From assembly GCA_026936335.1 (NCBI GenBank), contig JAPMXV010000072.1, positions 62,001 to 126,000 of the forward strand: DNA of 64,000 bases, written 5' to 3'. Both the position numbers and the translations under genes were made by a program. A model generated the notes under the pieces. The model saw nothing but the letters and a program-made list of their open reading frames with translations, was not told the origin of the DNA and searched no databases. Origin of the DNA: Mantamonas sphyraenae STR306 (Eukaryota > Protista > CRuMs). Positions 1 to 12,059 of the stretch are shown piece after piece; within the stretch, counting starts at the first letter, position 1, and every line of letters starts with the position of its first letter.

Positions 1-501
1 TTCCTGCAGAAGCGCAAGGTGCAGATCCTGGCACATTGGGGACCGGAGGGCAAGAACCCCAAGGCGTGGGTGCAACAGACGATGGACTTTTGGTCAGACC
101 TGCAAGGCTCAGCGGTGTTTGCGTATGTGCGTCTGCTGAACCCTGCGTTCAAGTCATCGCCAGCGAGGTACACAGAGGAGGAGATTCGAGAGCTGCGCGA
201 CCAGTGGGACATCCTGGAGAACAAGCAGCAGCAGCAGGCACCGTCGGCAAGCGGCTCGTTGGACGTGATGGGCAGCTACAAGACGCGGGATGACCTCGCA
301 CGAGAGCGCAAGCAGGAGGAAGACAAGGAACGGCTGGAGCTGGCCATCATGGAAAAGAAGATGGAGGAGGAGGAAGAACGGGAGAGGCGAGAGAAGATGG
401 AGCGGGCAAGCAGCGTCCTGCGAGCCAAGAGTGTCAAGGCCCAGCGCAACCGCGGTGTACGTGCGAGTGTGGACTCTGTGGGCAGCAACAGCAGTGCGTG
501 A
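1..501 (+). CDS. 3' end of a gene entering from the left edge; C-terminal charged coiled coil, function unknown
   Basis: Frame open from base 1 to TGA at 499-501; protein-like composition (ARERKQEEDKERLELAIMEKKMEEEEERERREK); no family recognised. Confidence 0.7.
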   Translation, partial: FLQKRKVQILAHWGPEGKNPKAWVQQTMDFWSDLQGSAVFAYVRLLNPAFKSSPARYTEEEIRELRDQWDILENKQQQQAPSASGSLDVMGSYKTRDDLARERKQEEDKERLELAIMEKKMEEEEERERREKMERASSVLRAKSVKAQRNRGVRASVDSVGSNSSA

Positions 502-559
502 GGGGGTGCAACCCGCAGAACGATGAAGAATGAAAAGGCTTTTTTGCAGAATTGGCCGT

Positions 560-2016
560 TCAGATCAGAGTGATCGGCTCCACAGCAGGTCTGCGAGTGC
601 CTGTACTCTCTCCGTCTGGCTGGCTATTGCCCTGTTGCGTCTCCCCTGCGCTGCCATCCGAGATCTTGACTTCAATGCCTTCTGTGTCTGCTGTGCCTTC
701 GTCCGCGAGCGAAGGGTGTCGGCGTGCGTGCGCACGACGGCCATTCTCCATGGCCTCCACCTCCAATTCATCGCGGTCGTCGTCGTCGTCGTCATCATCA
801 TCATCATCTTCACCGTCATCCAGCTCTTCGTCGTGATGGTAATCCTCGCGATTCCCCAGGCCATCCTGCGCTTGCGAGCCCCTGAGGTGGCTGTTGCGGC
901 TCCATTCGTATGATGAAGTGACACCAGAGTCTGCATATTCGTCATCCTCGGCGTATTCAGCCGAACTGGAGTGTGATGGGATGCGGTTCGCGTGTGCGTG
1001 CGCCGCCAGAGCTTCAGCCACCTGCTGCGCTAGCCTGGGGTCGTTTTCATCCACCGGTTTGTACAAGTCGACCATAAATTGGCATGGGTAAGTCTCTGGA
1101 TACACGATTTCGTAGTGGCGTGGGCTGCCGATGCACAAGGGGAAGGCGTCGGGGCGGCCCAGGCGCTGAAGGCGGACATAGTCGTCTGTGATCTCCAGCA
1201 CCAGCCAACGCTTCTTGGCTTCCCTTTGTGTGGCCTGGATGAAGCCGAATTGGGTGACACAGACACTACAGCCTGTGAGGAGAGGCACGTGGACGAATCG
1301 GCGGTACTTTTGCACCACGTCGCCCTCGACGAGATGTGTGCGCGAGTCGTTGTGTGTCTGCTGAACTCCCTGTTGGTGCGCCTGTTTCAGGGCGAACCAC
1401 GTGCGCACGTTGGAGTGCACGGACGCGGCCAGCCAAGCCGGGAAAACGGTGGCGATGATGCCAAACCCGGCACTCGGCCGATCATGGAAAATGCGCAGGG
1501 AGACAATGCCGAAGAGGCAAACGGCTGTGTGGGCGGGCGAAGTTGACACACGGTCGCCGTGCATGTGGCGGGTTCGGGTGCGTGTGGCGTGTGGCGTGAG
1601 CAAGGGGCGTTTCCGTTTGTGCGGTGCAACGAAAGCGATTTCCGTGAGTCCAAACCCGTTCCTTACGGAGCATCGACACAAACAGACACTTTGTGCTGGG
1701 ACACTCTGCTATGCAAATGCGGCGTTTTAGGTTGTAGGGCACATTGCAAGGGCACAGGACACTCACCTCCGCAGCCAAAGGTGGCGAAAAACCCGGCGGC
1801 GAGGCCACAGCGATTGCGCTCAGTCTCCTCGTAGCTCTGGCCAAAAGAAAGCGTAATGTAACAAAATAATGAAGAAATGCAGATGGAGAGGATGGTGGCG
1901 ACGGCGCTGTCGGGTCCCAAGTTGGCAATGACCAGGCAGCAACCGATGTTCACAGCCAAGCCGACAGCAACGACCAGTGCCTGAGCAGCTTTGACCCAGG
2001 GCACTGTGTCCATCAT
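560..2016 (-). CDS. Multi-exon membrane protein of unknown function (N-terminal hydrophobic helices, acidic C-terminal tail)
   Basis: MMDTVPWVKAAQALVVAVGLAVNIGCCLVIANLG...FATFGCG (ORF 1663..2382) followed by a GTGAGT donor; continues in ORF 560..1681 (AVCLFGIVSLRIF...DDDDDD); internal exon boundaries not resolved. Confidence 0.6.
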
Positions 2017-2152
2017 GATGAAGACGGTGGTGTTGTTGTCGGAAAAGAGAAAGAGAGAGAGAGAGAGGGGGTGGAAGAGGTGTGGGTGAGTTCCTTTGGG
2101 GATTGCTGTGGCTGCGTCGCAGCTCCAGCTCCGCCACAACAAATTCGAACCC

Positions 2153-3181
2153 ATGCCCGCAAAGCCTAAGGAGACCAAGAACGAGAGTGAGGAAGAGCCG
2201 CGTGTGCCGCTCGGTACCCGCATCAAGAAGGCTCTGACGCCGCCGCCGATGAAGTCGACCGGCCCCAACGGAGGTGCGTTTTGGTTGGAGTTTTCCCCGT
2301 TTCGTCGCCCCCCAAAAACACTCGCACATCCTGCCATAAGCACACACTGCATGTGCTGTACACATGTACATGCCATGTTCATTCATGAGCATGCTTGCGC
2401 TGTGCTTGTGTGCCTTTGGCTGTTGGGAGTGCTGCACGCGGAGGCCAACGCGAAGGACCTTTTTGCGCTCGGTGGTTGAAGCGCGCCCGAAGAGACGGAT
2501 TTGCTGACGCTGCCATGGCTTGACCCACACCTCTGTATGCTCCCTCACAGAGACACTGTACTACGGTACCACTGGCGAGGACTGGGGTAGGTTGCACATT
2601 TGTTGAATTGGCTCATGTGGGCGGTGGGATGGCCACACGCCGGACGAGAGGAGATTTCCGCGGACACTGCGCATGTTTTCACCGGCCAAGGCGGGCTGTG
2701 GCGCTATGAACATCCTCCATCGCCTGCTAGCAACAGAGAGCAGGTCGAGTTGTGCACAGCACATCACCCTGAGTCTGTTTCGGAGCCGCTGGTGGCTCTG
2801 GGGCATGCACAGGCGTGCTGTTCCCTTTGGAGGGTGTTCCCGGAGGGCAAATTTTCATGGAGCGAGTTTGCTTTCCACACAGGTGCCACAGCGCGGACCA
2901 CCGGCGCCTTTTGGCATGCACTGCCCGCATGTCGTTTCCACCGTGTTCATGCGTATCTCGCTCGCGTATTTTGGCCGTGCACAAGATGCTGGTCGCTGGA
3001 AACGTCCAGGTCAACTGACTCCGCCGTCCTCCCTGACGACCCCCACCCATCCACGTTCCTTCTCTTTTTCCTTCACACAGGCAAGATCTTTGCTGCTCTG
3101 CTCATTCTCTGGGTCTGTGCTGGCCTCTACTTTTACATCCTGTACCTCATCTACATCGCCGTCCAGTACCCTGGATACTAA
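2153..3181 (+). CDS. Small (~73 aa) tail-anchored membrane protein, two exons (2153-2273, 3081-3181) with an 807-bp intron
   Basis: MPAKPKETKNESEEEPRVPLGTRIKKALTPPPMKSTGPNG, GTGCGT donor at 2274; polypyrimidine tract and CACAG acceptor ending 3080; phases join to give GKIFAALLILWVCAGLYFYILYLIYIAVQYPGY*. Confidence 0.6.
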
Positions 3182-3348
3182 ACCGGCTCCAGTGAGCGTG
3201 AGAGCGCGTGGCGACGTCCACTTTCGGGAACGGGTCGTCCGCGTTCGCACTACACACATGTTGCAAAGAGACGAAAATGAACCAGATCACCATTGGTGCG
3301 TGTTCCCCACACTTGCAATGGGTGTCCGAGGTGGCCAAGAAAAAAGTG

Positions 3349-4836
3349 ATGTCGAGCACGGCATGGCAGCGGCTTCGGCGCCAACTTTCTCTTTTGTGCA
3401 TGGGCTCCCACATCTCATCGCCAACACTGCGCAAACGGCATGCATCCACACGGGGTGGATTCGTCGGAGGCAGCAGTGTGGCGCGAGACACTCACACCAT
3501 TGTGGTGGCGGGCAGCGCAAACGAGGCTTCCAGGAAGTTTGCGGTGATCGAAAGCAGCGTCGCAGACGACGCAGACGCGGTGGAGATCCTCTCACCTTCG
3601 TTTGCCATGGACACCAGTGGAACGAGGATATACAACAGCCACTCGACGAGCGTGGACACCAGCCCCAGCCGCCGGTGGGCCAGCAACGCGCGCTCGGAGC
3701 TGACGCTGCAGATTTCTGATGATGCCGCCAGCCCGGGACCGAGCAAACGCAAGGACAGGAATATTCGGGAGGCAGGACACTCGGCGGCCGCAAGCACACA
3801 GGGCACAGTGGAACACAACAAAGGCACCACACAGCAGTCTGGCAAGCAGAACACGGGCCGACTTCAGTGCGGCGAGTGCGGGTTCTCCTGCTCCACACGA
3901 AAGGCCCTCAGGAGACACACACAACACGGGTGCAAGGCACCGAGGCACTCGTGTCCTCATTGCACACGTCAGTTCCGCCAGGTCAATGACATGCGGCAAC
4001 ACCTCCTCTCCAAACACAGCCCTGCAACTTCTCTCAGCATCACCACCACCACAACAACAACATACGACCCAGAGCTCACCAGCTCTGCCTTTTGGGCCGA
4101 ACTTCTCAAGGGCTACCTCGTTCCCGAGTCCCATCTCAGCTCAACAAGAGAGGATCTGTCGTCGACAAGACGCTCCTCCTCCTCCTCCTCCCTCTCATCC
4201 TCTTCCACCACCTCATCCTCATCCTCATCCTCCCTGTCCATGGACGACATTGTGCTTGTGGACACCCCGAAGCGCCTGAAAGATCTGGCCAGCAAGCTGG
4301 AAAACGTGACGGCCATCGGGATCGACCTCGAGCATTGGTGCGACGAGGACGGCAACAAGAAGCTCGACGGACGCGTGTGCCTCATCCAAATCGGCTTCCA
4401 TGCAGGCAACTTTCTTGTGGATACGCTCAAGCTGGAGGCAGAGGCCGTGCGCAATTCGCTGCAGCCTGTGCTCGAGGATCCGGGCGTGATCAAAATTGCC
4501 CATGACGCACGCAACGATGTCATCTGGCTCAAGCGAGACTTTGACCTGGAGATTGCCAACCTGTTTGATACCTACGTGGCAGCTCGGCAGCTCAAGCTCG
4601 ACGGCCTGGGCCTGAAACATCTGCTGCAGCGGTACGCTGGCATCGAGGACGTCGACAAAAGCTTCCAAACCAGCGACTGGACCCAGCGCCCGCTTCAGCA
4701 GGCCCAGCTTCTGTATGCTGCCCAAGACGTCCACCATCTGGTGCACATTCAGCGCTGCATGCAGGAAGAGCTGCTTGCCAAGGACCGACTTTGGCATTGT
4801 GTCGACAAGAGCCTCCGTGTCGCCGGCACGGTGTGA
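3349..4836 (+). CDS. C2H2 zinc-finger plus DEDDy 3'-5' exonuclease (RNase D/Rrp6-like) protein
   Basis: CGECGFSCSTRKALRRHTQHGC and CPHCTRQFRQVNDMRQHLLSKH fingers; ExoI IGIDLEH, CLIQI, KIAHDARND (ExoII), NLFDT, SDWTQRPL, YAAQD (ExoIII); start ATG uncertain (3278 or 3349). Confidence 0.85.
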   Translation: MSSTAWQRLRRQLSLLCMGSHISSPTLRKRHASTRGGFVGGSSVARDTHTIVVAGSANEASRKFAVIESSVADDADAVEILSPSFAMDTSGTRIYNSHSTSVDTSPSRRWASNARSELTLQISDDAASPGPSKRKDRNIREAGHSAAASTQGTVEHNKGTTQQSGKQNTGRLQCGECGFSCSTRKALRRHTQHGCKAPRHSCPHCTRQFRQVNDMRQHLLSKHSPATSLSITTTTTTTYDPELTSSAFWAELLKGYLVPESHLSSTREDLSSTRRSSSSSSLSSSSTTSSSSSSSLSMDDIVLVDTPKRLKDLASKLENVTAIGIDLEHWCDEDGNKKLDGRVCLIQIGFHAGNFLVDTLKLEAEAVRNSLQPVLEDPGVIKIAHDARNDVIWLKRDFDLEIANLFDTYVAARQLKLDGLGLKHLLQRYAGIEDVDKSFQTSDWTQRPLQQAQLLYAAQDVHHLVHIQRCMQEELLAKDRLWHCVDKSLRVAGTV

Positions 4837-5015
4837 GAGCAATGTGCAATGAATGCTGATGTTGATTATGGCTCTTTCGCCTTTGTGTGGTGTGTGGGGT
4901 TGCTTGATGATTCGATTGCTGTGTGTGTCTCCTGCGCTTCCTTCCCCACCCCCTCCCTGCTACAGTATTCCTCCAAGTATGTGCCTCCACTTGGCACGTG
5001 GCCAGCATGAGGCTT

Positions 5016-6771
5016 TCAGACCTTCTTGGGGCCAGACTGGATCGTGCCGTACTGCTTGGCCTTGGCATAGATGGGCTCCTCGGGCCGGATCAGCTTGTTC
5101 CACGACACCATAATGATGATGCAAGAGAGCCCCGTGAGCACGGTGAGGATGAGAAAGACCAGGTAAACGCCTCCAACGGGGCCTGTCTGGGCATAGGCAA
5201 AGCTGGCCCAAATAGGACCCAGCATGCGTGCGAGAGAACCACCGGACACCATCCATCCCATGTAGACACCCTGCTTGGTGTTGCCCAGAATCTTGGAGTA
5301 AAGGGTGTAGCACATGGCCTGGGCGATGGGGTAGCCCATGGTGAGGAGGACGACGCCGATGACAAAGCGCCAAAAGGGCAGCTTGTTGTCCGGCACAATG
5401 TCCACGGCAAACGAGCCCAGCATGAGCACAAAGCCAAACAGGAGCAGCTGGCGGTCGCTCAGGTACTTGTTGATCACGGACAGCAGGACAAAGGCCAGGA
5501 TGGACAGGGCGCCGGCGACGGCAAACATGATACCGTTCTCGGTGACGTCCCAGTTGTACTGATGCTGTGTGATGGGCACGCCAACACACTCAAACACAGA
5601 AAAGGCGCTGATGATGACGAAAAACAGGTAGATGTACACAAACACGGGCACCAGCTCCACGCGCGGATCGTTGTGGCCCAGGGGACCAAACACAGTGAGG
5701 CCACACTTGGTCCACTTGTCCTGCTGCATCCTCAGGTTGCTGCTGGCGTCACGCTTGGTGATGACGGCGCCATCGTCCTCGTCATCCTCATCGTCCTCGT
5801 CATCCTCGTGGAACTCGAGATGGTGGGTGTCCACTTCCTGGAAGGAGATGGCAATCCACAGGGCGTTGATGCACACCAGCACAATGGACAGGTAACCCGG
5901 CACAGTGTACTTGTTCACCTTGAAGGGACCGACCTCAAAGTTGAGGAAGCTAAGCGCTGCCCCCATCGCAGGACCGATGATGAATCCCACCCCCTGCATG
6001 GCACTCATGATGGTCATTGCATGTGTGCGTTCTTCGGGGCTCGTGGCATGCGACACATACGCACGTGCCACGGCCACGTTGGCCGCTCCGGCACCAATGA
6101 TGAGCCTCGCGTACACCACTGCCATCTGGTCCCATGCCATGGCATACACGACGTTGCCGCCAATGAGCACCGCAAAGGAAAACAGGAGCACCTCTTTGGT
6201 GGTGCGTTTGTTCGACCACGCCCCAAACAAGGGGCCCACCACAAATTGACCGGCGCTGAACGCCGCCACCGCAAAACCCAGAAAACTCTTGTTGGAGTGG
6301 AACTGTGTGTGTGGTGTGTCCACGTGAGCGCATTGCTGTCAGTGTCGTGTGTCTATGCGGCCCATGGGCCGTGTGCATGGTCCCTCCTGGGCCCGTGTCG
6401 GCTGCTGCTGCCTCTCAACGTCATGCGGCAATGCGATAAATTGCGGCGCCCGTACACGCGCTCGCACTTACCACATCGTCCAGGTACGGCCACAGCGACG
6501 GGATGACAATGGTGAATGTGGCGTTGCCCAGGAACATGGTCAGGTACATGGCCGCCATGGAAGGTCCCTGCTTGGGCTGGTCTTGCACAAGGTCAGGAAG
6601 GCCGTCGTCAACTGCTGCGCCCGTCCCCGTTGCGCCTTGTCCCGTCCCGTAACGCGGACGTCCGCTGCGGTTGGACAGGAAGCCGTGGGAGACGTTGGAC
6701 AGATACTCCTGCGTCTGATTCGACAGGAATTGCGGGTAGTCGCCACCAGAGGAAAACTCAAGCCCGCTCAT
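5016..6771 (-). CDS. Major facilitator superfamily transporter, MFSD8/CLN7-like; intron 6303-6471
   Basis: YLTMFLGNATFTIVIPSLWPYL, FLGFAVAAFSAGQFVVGPLFGAWSN, LYSKILG..KQGVYMGWMVSGGSLARMLGP; about 12 TM helices; GTAAGT...CACAG intron joins in frame. Confidence 0.9.
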
Positions 6772-6876
6772 TGCTTCTTGGACGGGTCAAATTGGGCCGA
6801 GCCGGGCGATTCGATTCGATTTGATCGCTGCGCAAACCCCTGTTTTGCCCAAGTGTGGGTGCGTGTGTGTATGTTT

Positions 6877-6932
6877 GTCCATGTGTGTGCTTGTCCATGT
6901 GTCCATGTGTCCATGTGTCCATGTGTCCATGT
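6877..6932. repeat. Short tandem repeat of an 8-bp unit (GTCCATGT) between ACADM and the MFS gene
   Basis: tgtccatgtgtccatgtgtccatgtgtccatgtgtccatgt visible directly. Confidence 0.8.
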
Positions 6933-6980
6933 GTGTTTGCATCGCATTCCATTCCAATTCTCTCTCCTTTGACACACAAA

Positions 6981-8797
6981 TCAGTTGGTGAGGATCTCAC
7001 GGGCAATGATGTTGGCCTGGATCTGGCTGGTGCCCTCGTAGATCTGGAAGATCTTGGCATCACGCATGAGCTTCTCCACAGGGTACTCCGTGTTGAAGCC
7101 GTTGCCACCAAAGATCTGGACGGCGTCGGCGGCGGCCTTGTTTGCCATGTCACCGCAGAACTTCTTGGCGCACGAAGCGTAGTAAGTGTTGCGCTGACCG
7201 GCATCGATCATGGAGGCAGCCTTCCAGGTGAGCAGGCGACCAGCCTCGATGTTCATGGCCATCTCGGCGAGCATGAAGCTGACGGCCTGGTGCATGGCAA
7301 TGGGCACGCCAAAGGCCTTGCGCTCCAGGGCGTACTGCTTGCTCTCGTCCAGAGCACGCTGGGCCAGACCCAGGGCACCGGCTGCCACGGGCGGGCGCGT
7401 CTTGTCAAACGCAGCCATGGCAATCTTGAAGCCCTGGCCGGGCTTGCCCAGCATGGCGCTGGCAGGCACCACACAGTCCTCAAAGGTGATGCCACGTGTG
7501 TCCGAGCAGCGCTGGCCCATGTTGATTTCCTTCTTGCCAACCACCACGCCCGGGTTGTCTGCCTCCACCAGGAAGCCCGTGAAGTTGGGCTTGTCGCCCG
7601 CCGTCTCGTCCTCCAGCTTCGTCAGCACAAAGTACCAGTTGGCCACGCCGCCGTTGGTGATCCACATCTTGTTGCCGTTGATCACGTAGTTCTCGCCATC
7701 CTTCACGGCCTTGGTCTTGAGTCCCTGCACGTCCGAACCCGCCCCGGGCTCCGTCACGCAGTACGCCGCGTTCAGCGGCTCCTCCGTCAGGCGGCCCAGG
7801 TACGTCTTCTTCTGCTCCTCAGATCCTGCCACAAGCACCGGTCCTGTCCCAACGTAATCCGTGTGTTCCCGCGCGTCGTTTCCCGTGTCAGTTCCCCTTC
7901 CTTCTCCGCTGCAAAGCAAACAACAACGCCGTTGGAAAAAAAAATCGCGCGCCGCCTCCACCCGCCGATATCCCTCCCTGGCACGCTCGCCGCTCCTGCG
8001 TGGCACACAGCCAGGCCACTGTCTCGCAAATGCAACGCATGCAAAGAAACACATACCTTCGGCCAGTTCGTTGGCCAGGATGGCCGTGGAGATGCCTGTG
8101 CAATTGCCATGGGTGCCGTGTGTGCGTTAGCGACCATCATCAGACCACGCCCAGAACTGCGTTTTGGCTTTGACTGCCCCCTCTCCACATACCGGTGCAG
8201 CCCCACGACAGCTGCTCGCCCACAATGCAGCCGTCCAGGATGCTGAGGCCAAGACCGCCGTATGCCTGCACAATTGAGTCGCAGCGAGATGTGAGTGTGC
8301 GTTATTTGGACAAGCGAGAAAAATTGCGTGTGGTTTTCGGAGGGTCGACGATGACCCCGTCGGCCCTGCGGAACTTGCCGGCGCCGCTGGAGAGAAATGG
8401 AGGGAAATGGGGAAAGGGCAAAGGCGGATGGGGGGGGGGGGAGTGGAGATGATGCACAACGAGTACGCGGGTACAGGCTAGAATGCAAGCAAAAACACGG
8501 AGTGTGGAGAACAACAAAACTGACCTCGGGGATGTTGGTGTTGCAAAGACCCAGCTCCCAGGCTTGGTTGAAGATCTCACGCGGGTACTCGCCGCTCTTG
8601 TCGTAGTCGGCAGCCTGCGGGGCAATGACGTCACGGGCAAAGTTGCGTGCAGTCTCCTGGTAGGCCTTCTGCTCGTCGGTGAGGTCGAAGCTGATGCCGC
8701 TGTAGGCACGCGACACCACGCCGTTGACGGCCAGGGCGGCGCTGCCCACGCTGCTCACGCTCTTGCTCACACTGCTGGAAGAAAGTCGGCTGAACAT
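6981..8797 (-). CDS. ACADM: Medium-chain acyl-CoA dehydrogenase, mitochondrial; exons about 8797-8525, 8265-8193, 8095-8057, 7843-6981
   Basis: Presequence MFSRLSSS..., [91 protein letters not shown]; three GT-AG introns with consistent phases. Confidence 0.95.
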
Positions 8798-8872
8798 TTC
8801 TGCTTTTGCTGGTTGGTTTGGAAAAAGGGGTGGGTGCGACAGCGACGTCGCCGGCGGCAACAACACTCAGCA

Positions 8873-9102
8873 ATGTCCTACGGCGGCTACAGGGGCAACC
8901 GACGAGGTGGAGGCGGAGGTGGAGGCGGACATATGTCCTCGTCCTCCTCATCCTCATCATCCTCGTCCTATTCATACACAAGCCGCAGGGGAGGCGGTGG
9001 AGGAGGTCCTCCGTCACGCGGTGGCTTCTACGGCAGCAACACGTCGTCCACAACCACAAACAACAGCAGCAGCAGCAGCAGCAATAGCAACAATAGCAAC
9101 AA

Positions 9103-9136
<34 letters not shown>

Positions 9137-10377
9137 GTCGGCGGCGCTGGATCGTCTGCACCGTTGCCTAGCATGGCGTCGCCACAGCTGGGGTCGCCTT
9201 CAATCGTGATGGCAAGATCGACAGGCAAGGCCAAGTTCATCGGCAACGAGTTTGCGTCGCCCTTTGGCGACGACAGCGACCTGGACGAAATGCAGGAGTA
9301 CTTTGTATCACGACGTGTGGCGCCACTGGTGGGCCACCGTGGCAAGATTCAATCGGTGGCATGGAACAGCGACGGGCAAAAGTTGGCCTCCGGCGCAGCC
9401 GACACCCTGGCCAAGGTCTGGGTGGTCGACCATCAGGGCGCCCTCGTGCGCGAACTCGATTGCAAGGCACACAAGAGCACAGTGGACCAGGTGGTGTGGC
9501 ACCCCACAAACTCAGAGGTGTTTGCCAGCGCCTCCTCTGACAAGACCGTGCGCATTTGGGACTTGAAGTGTACGTTCCGGCCCCGGCCCCATCCCCAAGC
9601 TCTGCCGTCCTTGCGAACCCCCCCCGGTTCTCCAGTTCCACCATTAACCGCCCTTGTCTCTCTCTCGATTTCTCTCTCTTTGTGCACGTGTGCTTACCAC
9701 TGACGCTGCCTTTTCACACAGACGGCAAGAACTCGGTGACCATCCCCACAGACGGGGAAAACATCAACGTAGCATGGAGTCCCGACTCGTACCACATTGC
9801 AGTGGGCGACAAGAACGACGTGGTGAGTATTGTGGACGTGCGCAAGGGCAAAGTGCTGAGCAAGCACCGATTCACAACCGAAATCAACGAGCTGGCCTGG
9901 GAACCCAACGGAGAGTTCCTGCTGCTTAGCACGGGCAAGGGATCCGTCGACATCATGAGTTTCCCGGACATGGAGCGTGTACGCTCCCTCCAGGCCCACA
10001 CGGGCAACGTCTACTGCCTGGACTTTGATCCCACCGGACGCCGTTTTGCTGTGGGCGCTGCAGACGCCTCAGCCTCCCTTTGGGACTGTGAGGAACTTGT
10101 GTGTGAACGCACTCTGACCAATCTGGAATGGCCTGTGCGCACGCTGGGGTTCAGCCATGATGGCACCTTTTTGGCCTCTGCCTCCGAGGATGCCTTTATC
10201 GACGTCTCTCATGTGGCCACGGGCGACCAAGTCGCCACCCTTCCTGTCAATGGTTCCATGCATGCCCTTTCCTGGCACCCTTCCTCACTCATCCTGGCCT
10301 ACGTTGGCGACGAGAAGGATGCAGAGGAGCGCGAAGAGCTTGCCATCAAGATGTGGGGCTTCCCTGACTCCTCGTAG
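8873..10377 (+). CDS. THOC3: THO complex subunit 3 (Tex1), WD40, with RGG/Ser/Asn-rich N-terminal extension; intron 9570-9721
   Basis: HRGKIQSVAWNSDGQKLASG, HKSTVDQVVWHP, ASSDKTVRIWD, GENINVAWSPD, LEWPVRTLGFSHDG..LASASED..ID match THOC3. Confidence 0.9.
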
Positions 10378-10462
10378 GCGAGCAGGGCAGGCAGCGAGCG
10401 ACGAGTACAGGCACAGCTGGCTTCCTATCCGTGTTTTCTATTCTATGCGTCTTCTATTTTTG

Positions 10463-11931
10463 TCAATCTTGGCCGTCGTGATCCACATGCACGACCACCT
10501 TTCCCTGGACAAAACCAGCCTGGAAGTATCGGTGGGCCTCGGCAATGTCGGGCAATTGGAATCCAAACTGGTCGTCCAGTTGCACTTCCAAGGTGCCATC
10601 GGCATACAGAGGGGCCAACTTGGCCAGCATGCGGCCGTTGGGTTTGAACAGGCCCCACTTTACTCGCGTGACATCCATGTTGCACAGGCCGTCGACAGCA
10701 GCCCCCAACTTGCGAGCAACCCACTCGGCAGTGTTCTGCGGTTGTTTTGTCTCCTGTGCATCCGCGTCACTGTGCTTCATGTCGCCTCGATGGAACATGG
10801 GCAGCTGTGCAAGCGAAAACGTGGACAACGCCGTTCGGGCCATTTCGGCTCCAGAACGCGCCATGCCCATCGCAACACCGTTCTCATCCATGTAGTGTAC
10901 CCATGGCGAACGCAGAGTGACGTACACACCTGCATCGTGGCGCATCATGCGGGTCGCCATCGCGTCAAAGTTGGAGTCCCCGGTCAGGTTCATCACCACG
11001 TCATACACGTCCGTTTCGCCCTGCCATCGCCACCCAGCCGAGTCTCCACTTGCTCCCGTGGCCACTCGTTCCGAGTCCTTGCGTATCCTGCCCACACGCG
11101 ACGCTCCATACGAATTGAGCAGCTCGTCGTTGCGTCTGCTGCGGCATGCAACGTCCACCTCTGCCCCAACCACACGTGTCAGATACTGTGTGGCAAATTT
11201 GCCGATGTTTGTGTCGCCGCCGTGCAGAAACACACGCTGGCCCGCACGGATGCGGTCTGAATCCAACCCCAACGCGCTTGCTGCCGTCAGCGCAACATAT
11301 GGAACAGCAGCAGCCTGTGCATGTGACAGAGAGGAGGGCTTATGTGCCACATCCGCCTCGTGGATGTTCATGTACTGTGCATACGAGCCACCGGCGGCAA
11401 ATGGATAGTTTGCCCCAAAGACCTCGTCGCCCACTGATGCGGGTGGTGATGCGAAACAGGCCAGTGTCAGCAGCAGAGCAAGGGGTGGGGTGGGATTTGG
11501 ATGGGATGGAATGGGTTGGTTGCTGGCCATGGCCATGGTTCCCACCTTTGTAATCCCAGACGTCGTGGCCGACCTCAACGACGCGTCCACTGACGTCGCG
11601 GCCGAGGACCACCGGCAACTCTGTGCCGCGGACGAGACGAAAAGCCTCTGCGCCGTAACCCTGACGCATGGCGATATCAATGGGGTTGATGCTTGTAGCG
11701 TGCACTTGCACAACCACATCCTGTGCACGTGTGCGTGTGTGAGCGAGAAACTACGCCGAAATCGGGCGGAACACCACGCGCTGCAAAACGCACCGATGGT
11801 CCACACAGGGGCCGTGGCGCGTCAGACACGTGCACAAACGCCTCTTCAGGATCCGAGGCAAACCGCACGAGCTGTGTGGCACGCATGGTCGCCCCTGGGT
11901 TTGCATGTAGGCGAGCACGGGTGGTGAACAT
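10463..11931 (-). CDS. RTN4IP1: NADPH:quinone oxidoreductase-type MDR protein, RTN4IP1-like; at least 2 introns
   Basis: VVVQVHATSINPIDIAMRQGYG, LPVVLGRDVSGRVVEVG, VGDEVFG, AHKPSSLSHAQAAAVPYVALTA, GKVVV; orthology less certain than family. Confidence 0.75.
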
Positions 11932-12059
11932 TGTGTGGGGTTTCCGATGCGCCGTGCTGCGCATCCAAACAAACCAGAGCCACGCAAGCGACTATTGTGT
12001 GTCATTGTCTGCCACACATCACCGCGTAGAAGAGACACAGGGACAGTGGCTAGGCAAGC

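Noticed and set aside
2906-2920. GCCTTTTGGC resembling U2 snRNA stem I
   Set aside because: Not followed by TAAGATCAAGTGTAGTA; too short to support a call.
8266-8524. Hairpin plus AATTTTTC (Sm-site-like) in ACADM intron 1
   Set aside because: A single short stem and a common T-run, with no recognisable snRNA motifs.
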